Shown here: piece by piece, positions 6,887-10,300 of the stretch | Layout: every line of letters starts with the position of its first letter | Position numbering within the stretch: position 1 is the first letter of the stretch | Origin: Octopus sinensis | Taxonomy: Eukaryota | NCBI RefSeq assembly: GCF_006345805.1 | Contig: NW_021827453.1 | Location: 1 to 10,300, forward strand | Length of the DNA stretch: 10,300 nucleotides | Direction: 5' to 3' | Notes under the pieces: generated by a model | The model's database searches: none | Told to the model about the DNA's origin: nothing | What the model saw: only the letters and a program-made list of their open reading frames with translations | Position numbers and translations under genes: made by a program

Positions 6887-7207
6887 TAGTCGAGCAAGTC
6901 GACGTCAGTATTTGTTTTTAAACCTCTAGTGCTTATTCTGTCATCTTTTCGCTAAGTTACGGGGACGTAAACAAACCAACACCGGTTTTCAAGAGTTACT
7001 GTAAGACAAACACACATACATGTGTGCGTGTGTGTGTGTACACGATGTGTGTCCTTCAGTTTCCGTCTACCGAATCCAGACACACGTGACTTTGTTTGGC
7101 CCGCCCAACGCTAAACTATAAACAACATTTGTCCGAAGTGCCACGAAGCGGGACCGAACCCGAATCCATGCCGTTGGGAAACAAGCTTCTTTACACAGCC
7201 ATACTTG
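6887..7207 (-). mobile_element. SINE family B copy B3, head present, 3' tail missing
   Basis: Minus-strand A-box-like TGGCTGTGTAAA (7201-7190) and B-box GGGTTCGGTCCC (7161-7150). 7128-7201 aligns with 4852-4927; 6961-6987 aligns with 5829-5855. Confidence 0.87.
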
Positions 7208-7769
7208 CCCCTGAATGAATGAAAAGTTAACACGCCGCTAGAGTTTAAACAACTTTTTACAACGACTGTACGAGAGAGAGAAAGAAAGAAATGCAGACGA
7301 TCTTTGAATATCAAGATTTGGTTGAAAGTGAAAGGGAACGAGCAGCTTACTTGGCCCTCCACATCTGGGCCAGTCTTCAAATGGGGTTATTGTAGTCCCA
7401 TGTGGCGATTCTTCATTCGCCATACTTTCGACTTGCGCCTGTTATTATTCCTTAAGTTCTGCCATTTTAAGACAATGAAGCACGTGCTCGCTCTTGGCGA
7501 TGGCACTTGCCTTTTTCGTAACACATAAATCTATGTCCATATCTTTCTCGTTGTGTCTTGGGAATAAACAGGCACCTTGTTCAAACAGCACTTCTTTATT
7601 GTCAGTCAATTGGTTCAACCTCTAACCATACAACTCATTGATTGCTTGTTTAATACGTTGGCTAAACAATCACACCATAGTCTGTTCTGTCAGCCCCTCA
7701 GTTGCTATTCCCGACCTCGCCAATGACGAGCCGTCTCTCCTCAAGACTTGAGTCTGTCATTTCATTCTT

Positions 7770-7770
<1 letters not shown>

Positions 7771-7829
<59 letters not shown>

Positions 7830-7855
7830 CCTCTCTCTCTCTCTCTCTCTCGATC

Positions 7856-7905
<50 letters not shown>

Positions 7906-7920
7906 CTAGCTAGCTAGCTA
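7771..7920. repeat. Compound microsatellite (CTAT)n-(CT)n-(TA)23-(GCTA)4
   Basis: Direct reading. Confidence 0.95.
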
Positions 7921-7976
7921 TCTGTATATATATATATATATGTATGTATGTATGTATATATATGTATGTATATATA

Positions 7977-8162
7977 GGGAGAGTTTACGAAAAACACAAA
8001 AGACGAAGACAGGTGGTGTACAAAACAAACAGATGTATTAGTATAACGCTCAGGAATAGAAAAAGTCTTTTACGTTTCGAGCCTACGCTCTTCTACACAA
8101 AGGGACTCAGAAAAAAACAAGGAGAGAAAAAATGTGTATAGTGGCTAACGATCTATCATGGC
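7977..8162 (-). mobile_element. Probable Penelope-like element terminal-repeat (pLTR) fragment
   Basis: 186-bp unique block bounded by microsatellites and containing a minimal hammerhead-like fold with GAAACGT, typical of Penelope-like pLTRs. No RT or GIY-YIG coding sequence is present, so the assignment is indirect. Confidence 0.5.
8065..8106 (-). ncRNA. Degenerate minimal type-I hammerhead ribozyme motif
   Basis: Minus strand reads GTCC-CTTT-GTGTAGA-A-GAGC-GTAG-GCTC-GAAA-CG-T-A-AAAG-AC: stem I CTTT/AAAG, stem II GAGC/GCTC, GAAA, UH triplet end. Core is GUGUAGA instead of CUGANGA. Confidence 0.55.
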
Positions 8163-8188
8163 TGTCTGTCTGTCTTTCTGTCCATCTG

Positions 8189-8267
<79 letters not shown>

Positions 8268-8283
8268 GTCTGTCTATCTATCT
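8163..8283. repeat. (TCTG)n/(TCTA)n microsatellite
   Basis: Direct reading. Confidence 0.95.
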
Positions 8284-8381
8284 TTCCGTCTATTTTTATG
8301 TATATAGGTACAACACCGATTTTTCGGGCATTGATGGTTTGAAATCCGTACTAATTGACAGGTAGGAACTTCAAATTTCCG

Positions 8382-8435
8382 CAACGGCCAGGTAGGTCAA
8401 CGGCCAGGAGGTCAACGGCCAGGCAGGTCAACGGC
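8382..8435. repeat. GC-rich minisatellite, 15-16 bp unit, 3.4 copies
   Basis: CAACGGCCAGGTAGGT / CAACGGCCAGGAGGT / CAACGGCCAGGCAGGT / CAACGGC. Confidence 0.95.
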
Positions 8436-8683
8436 TGTTTTGCTTGCACAGACCAGCATCTAACACAGTACTATATTAATTAATTTGCATCATCTACAAT
8501 AATGTATGTATACCTGTGTTCAAGGGGATTATTTAGGTAAATTTAATATTTATTTAATTTAGATTATGTTGACTAAAGTGACCACCTCTGATTCTGAAAA
8601 AATATCCTAAATCCGGAAAGGTTTTTAATCAAAAGATCCGTAAGATAGATGTTGTGCCTGGATGTATGTGTGTGTGTGTGTGT

Positions 8684-8895
8684 AGAGAGAGAGGAGAGTG
8701 GGAGAGAGAGAGAGAGAGGAGATTGATAGGTATAGAGACAAACATACATAAGTAGGGAAGTAATAGATAGATAGATAGATAGAGAGGGGGGAGACAAGTA
8801 GATAGATAGATAGAGAGGGAGGGAGACAGACACATAGATAGATGGAGAGAGAGAGAGATAGGTGGGTAGGTAGGTAGGTAGATAGAGAGGGAGGG

Positions 8896-8930
<35 letters not shown>

Positions 8931-9118
8931 CAGACAGATACATAGATAGAGAGATAGATAGATAGATGGAGAGAGAGAGATAGATAGGTGGGTAGGTAGG
9001 TAGATAGATAGAGAGGGAGACAGACAGAGAGTGAGAGTAATAGATAGGTAGATAGATAGAGAGTGAGAGAAATAGATAGGTAGATAGATAGAGAGGGAGG
9101 GAGACAGATAGATAGATA
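8684..9118. repeat. Purine-rich compound (GA)n/(GATA)n/(GGTA)n tract with degenerate ~120-bp higher-order duplication
   Basis: GATAGATGGAGAGAGAGAGA...GGTGGGTAGGTAGGTAG recurs near 8837 and 8961. Confidence 0.9.
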
Positions 9119-9535
9119 AATTACATACAGTTCCGAAGTTCCGACGCTCATGTCAAACTATTCTCGTCTGCAGCGATATATTTCGGCGCTTTGATGCACC
9201 ATGCGTGCGAATGAGAGGGCGTCTCAAGGCTAATAACACCGTATTCGGTTACCTAACAAGACAACCACATTAAACTGGCAATAAAGATTACGTTACACAC
9301 AAATGTATATATATATATACTTACATACATACATGCGTGTGTATATACTTACATGTGCGTACGCAAGTACGAGTCGGAATGTTAGCTCTGTGCTGTCTCC
9401 CGTTACCAGTATATTTTCAAACACACGGAGCTAGCAGTTATACGTAAGTCTTAGCCGCAGTTCACATTCTCCCCGTCGCTCTTTCCGCCTTCTCCTTTCC
9501 ACTGACGACGCAGGGCGATGACGCTGCTTCTCTCT

Positions 9536-10133
9536 CACACACACACACATACATACATACATACATACATACATACATACATACACACACACACATATAT
9601 ACATACATATATACACACACATACATACATACATGCATACACACATACATACATGCATACATACATACATGCATGCAAGCATACGTACATACACACATAC
9701 ATACACACATGTATACATGCATTCACACATACATACATACGTACATACATTCATACATACATACGTACATACATACGTACATACATGCATGCATACATAC
9801 ATACATACATGCACACATACATACATACATACATACATTCATACATACATACATACATGCATACAAACATACATACATACATACGTACATACATACGTAC
9901 ATACATTCATACATACATACGTACATACATACTTACATACATACACACATACATACACACATACCTACATACATGCATACATACATACCTACATACATAC
10001 ATACATACATACATACATACATTCATACATACAAACATATATGCATACATACATACATACATACATACATACATACACACACACATACACACCTACATAC
10101 ATACATACACACATACATACATACATACATACA

Positions 10134-10167
<34 letters not shown>

Positions 10168-10172
10168 CATAC
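9536..10172. repeat. Long imperfect (CATA)n/(CA)n microsatellite
   Basis: Direct reading; source of the HTYI/MYVC pseudo-ORFs. Confidence 0.97.
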
Positions 10173-10300
10173 TTGTGTGTGTGTATAGGTATAAACGTCG
10201 TATATATCACAGTTGTAAGCGTTAAGCAGTAACTGTCATTTTTCTCCCCCTCGGGCAACGTGAGAGCGATTTGAAAATTTTCGGCAGTTCGGTTGTGAAA

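Noticed and set aside
8359-8426. CAGGTAG/CAGGCAG as Zelda sites
   Set aside because: Zelda is an arthropod factor and this sequence appears molluscan.
8382-8435. CRISPR-like array
   Set aside because: Head-to-tail units with no spacers, in eukaryotic DNA with no cas genes.
9502-9530. CTGACGA plus hairpin as a hammerhead
   Set aside because: The core heptamer is present but the stem is followed by TTCTC, not GAAA.
1537-10258. All other ORFs (YIYI, HTYI, MYVC, LSIY, IIII, SLSP types)
   Set aside because: Translations of di-, tri- and tetranucleotide microsatellites, which lack stops in some frames; no protein signal.

Overview
Eukaryotic, AT-rich, microsatellite-dense genomic DNA, most likely an octopus (inferred from the SINE families and repeat landscape, not proven). 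It contains one real protein-coding gene: a complete, uninterrupted SoxC (Sox4/11/12-group) HMG-box transcription factor at 107-1456 (+), 449 aa from the Kozak ATG at 107. A probable ~1.3 kb microsatellite-rich 3' UTR follows, then ~7.5 kb of downstream non-coding DNA. The downstream DNA holds tRNA-headed SINEs of at least two families, other probable repeat remnants, long simple repeats and short unique islands. All other ORFs in the track are artefacts of simple repeats or antisense shadows of SoxC. Best leads: (1) a degenerate minimal type-I hammerhead ribozyme fold on the minus strand at 8065-8106, of the kind carried by Penelope-like elements; (2) a marked excess of (G)TCACGTG(A) E-boxes, several inside repeat copies, including a CRE/E-box composite and two perfect palindromes; (3) a 60-bp fold-back palindrome at 4442-4501; (4) a 15-16 bp minisatellite alternating Myb-like and nuclear-receptor-like motifs; (5) a structured, CpG-bearing island in the putative 3' UTR. 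No database searches or folding programs were run; family names for repeats are from recall and need checking.
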